Source of the DNA: Armatimonadota bacterium
GTDB lineage: Bacteria > Armatimonadota > SYMT01
NCBI GenBank assembly: GCA_046292385.1
Contig: JBKBRF010000003.1
Span: 178,231-242,230, forward strand
Direction: 5' to 3'
Length of the DNA: 64,000 bases
The notes below the pieces were generated by a model. The model was not told where the DNA came from. It made no database searches and saw nothing but the letters and a program-made list of their open reading frames with translations. Below, piece by piece: positions 61,940 through 64,000 of the stretch. Numbering within the stretch: the stretch's first letter is position 1; every line of letters starts with the position of its first letter. A program made the translations under genes and the position numbers.

Positions 61940-62593
61940 ATGGTCAAGTCAATCCTGGGTCGCAAGGTGGGAATGACGCAGATCTTCGACGAACAGGGAC
62001 GCGCTGTCCCCGTAACCGTCGTAGAGGCCGGCCCCTGCGTCGTGACTCAGAAGAAGACCGTGGAGTCGGATGGCTACGAAGCCATCCAGGTGGGATACGG
62101 CACGGCGAAGCCGGTGCGCCAGAAGGGCGCCAAGGGGCACGGCCGCGGCCATCTGAACCGCCCCGAAGGCGGTCATCTCACCAAGAACAACTTGCCGCCG
62201 CTGCGGCACCTGCGGGAGATCCGGATGGCGGGCGTGGCCGATATGAACATCGGCGACGAGATCCGCGTGGACGTGTTCAACCAGGGCGACCTGGTCGACG
62301 TGACGGGCACCTCCAAGGGGAAGGGCTTCGCCGGCGTGGTGAAGCGCTACCACTGGCACGGCGCCGACATGACGCACGGCTCCATGATCCACCGCAAGCC
62401 CCAGTCGGCGGGTGCCACGGACGCGGCGCGTATCTTCAAGAACGTCGGGCGTCCGGGCCACATGGGCCACGAGCGAGTCACTGTGAAGCGGCTGCGCGTG
62501 GTGCGTGTCGATACGGACCGGAACGTGCTGCTGATCCGCGGCGCGGTTCCCGGCCCCAACGGCACGCTGCTGACCATCCGGGAGGCCAAGTAA
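61940..62593 (+). CDS. rplC: 50S ribosomal protein L3
   Basis: GRKVGMTQIF, SKGKGFAG, GAVPG. Confidence 0.98.
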   Translation: MVKSILGRKVGMTQIFDEQGRAVPVTVVEAGPCVVTQKKTVESDGYEAIQVGYGTAKPVRQKGAKGHGRGHLNRPEGGHLTKNNLPPLRHLREIRMAGVADMNIGDEIRVDVFNQGDLVDVTGTSKGKGFAGVVKRYHWHGADMTHGSMIHRKPQSAGATDAARIFKNVGRPGHMGHERVTVKRLRVVRVDTDRNVLLIRGAVPGPNGTLLTIREAK

Positions 62594-62594
62594 G

Positions 62595-63221
62595 ATGCCA
62601 TCCGCACCGCTTTTCAACGCCGCCGGCGACAAGGTCGGCGACTTTAGCCTGGCAGAGGGCATCTTCGGTCAGGCCGTGCGCGTAGACCTGGTTCACCAGG
62701 CGGTTACCCGCGAGCTGTGGAACCGGGTGCAGGGGACGCGCAGCACCAAGGGGCGCTCGGAGGTCCGGGGCGGCGGCCGCAAGCCGTACCGCCAGAAGGG
62801 CACCGGCCGCGCCCGGCAGGGAAGCATCCGCGCTCCGCACTACCGCCACGGCGGCATCGTGCACGGCCCGGTGCCGCACGCGCCGGAGAAGGACATGCCG
62901 CAGAAGATGCGGCGCGCTGCCTTCCGCAGCGCCCTCTCCGCCAAGGCGGCGGACGGCGACGTGCGGGTGCTCGAGGGACTGGAAGTCGCCGAGATCAGCA
63001 CCAAGCAGTTCGCGCAGTGGCTGACCCGGCTGGAGCCGGGGCGGAAGGCGGTGGTGGTGCTGGCGGAGCGAGACCAGAACGTGGCGCTCTCCGCTCGCAA
63101 CCTGCCCAACGTCCGCGTCGTGGTGCTGCCCGGCCTCTCCACCTACGAGGTGGTGAAGGCGGACACGCTGATCTTCACCCGGGACGCAGTGGCCCGGCTG
63201 GAGGAGCTATACACGGCATGA
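62595..63221 (+). CDS. rplD: 50S ribosomal protein L4
   Basis: [23 protein letters not shown]. Confidence 0.98.
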   Translation: MPSAPLFNAAGDKVGDFSLAEGIFGQAVRVDLVHQAVTRELWNRVQGTRSTKGRSEVRGGGRKPYRQKGTGRARQGSIRAPHYRHGGIVHGPVPHAPEKDMPQKMRRAAFRSALSAKAADGDVRVLEGLEVAEISTKQFAQWLTRLEPGRKAVVVLAERDQNVALSARNLPNVRVVVLPGLSTYEVVKADTLIFTRDAVARLEELYTA

Positions 63222-63535
63222 GAGACGCAACACAAATCATCATCCGCCCGCTGCTCACCGAGAAGAGCGTCGCCATCCAGCGGCTGAACCAGTTCACCTT
63301 CGAGGTGGCGATTGACGCCACCAAGATCGAGATCCGAAACGCGATCGAGACCCTCGGCCAGTGCAAGGTCGCCAAGGTGAACACGCTGGTGGTGAAGGGC
63401 AAGGTGCGCCGCACGAAGCGCGGCACCGGTCGCACGCCGGACTGGAAGAAGGCCGTCGTGACCCTCGGCAAAGACGAGAACGGCAACGACGAAAAGCTCG
63501 GCGGACTCCTGGGCGAGGCGTTCCAGATCGGCTAA
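63218..63535 (+). CDS. rplW: 50S ribosomal protein L23
   Basis: [28 protein letters not shown] overlap with rplD. Confidence 0.96.
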   Translation: MRDATQIIIRPLLTEKSVAIQRLNQFTFEVAIDATKIEIRNAIETLGQCKVAKVNTLVVKGKVRRTKRGTGRTPDWKKAVVTLGKDENGNDEKLGGLLGEAFQIG

Positions 63536-63620
63536 GCCAGAGCGGCTTGAAGTAGAGTGGCGCGGTCGCCAGGGCGCTTTCGAGAGCCCGGCGCGCCGGC
63601 CGCCTCCCCGGAGGGGAACT

Positions 63621-64000
63621 ATGGCAATTCGACAATACAAACCGACTTCGGCCGGTCGCCGCTTCGGCAGCGTCACGATCCGGACGGAGATCTCCAAGAA
63701 GGAGCCGGAAAAGTCGCTGACGCGGCCGCTGAAGAGCAGCGGCGGGCGGAACCACAGCGGCCGGACGACGGCCCGGTTCCGGGGCGGCGGCAACAAGCGG
63801 CAGTACCGCGTGATCGACTTCAAGCGGGACAAGGACGGCATCCCCGGCCGCGTCGTGGCGCTGGAGTACGATCCGAACCGCTCCGCGAACATCGCGCTCA
63901 TCGTCTACAAGGACGGCGAGAAGCGCTACATCCTGGCGCCGGAGAAGCTGACGGTCGGCACGGAGATCCTCTCCGGCGAGACCGCGGACATCAAGGTCGG
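63621..64000 (+). CDS. rplB: 50S ribosomal protein L2 (5' part, runs off window)
   Basis: [35 protein letters not shown]. Confidence 0.97.
   Translation, partial: MAIRQYKPTSAGRRFGSVTIRTEISKKEPEKSLTRPLKSSGGRNHSGRTTARFRGGGNKRQYRVIDFKRDKDGIPGRVVALEYDPNRSANIALIVYKDGEKRYILAPEKLTVGTEILSGETADIKV

Overview
GC-rich bacterial chromosomal segment. SLH remnant, PilT/PilU, DUF1501/DUF3500 genes and EF-Tu/L3 sequence features tentatively suggest Armatimonadota; this is inference. Left to right: Mn-catalase; a CsoR-controlled copper operon (csoR, copZ, CupA-like, copA) with a Csp-like copper-storage protein nearby; two tandem minus-strand genes (a BNR/sialidase-like Tat lipoprotein and a DsbA/FrnE protein), each with an in-frame UGA at a Cys-equivalent position followed by a SECIS-like hairpin of matching geometry (candidate selenoprotein pair); a toxin-antitoxin islet that displaced the 3' end of an aldo/keto reductase; a second CsoR-operator-controlled operon of exported Cys/His/Met-rich proteins headed by a RAPP-motif leader; hybrid histidine kinases; acnA; an HMA2/DUF5132/P-type ATPase cluster resembling ferrosome clusters but with a P2-type pump; assorted hydrolases; pilU/pilT; and the str/S10 ribosomal clusters, where tuf has its own promoter and a ~490-nt structured leader. 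Many intergenic gaps hold palindromic REP/MITE-like repeats. No rRNA, tRNA or CRISPR array was seen. Family assignments come from motif recognition, not database searches.
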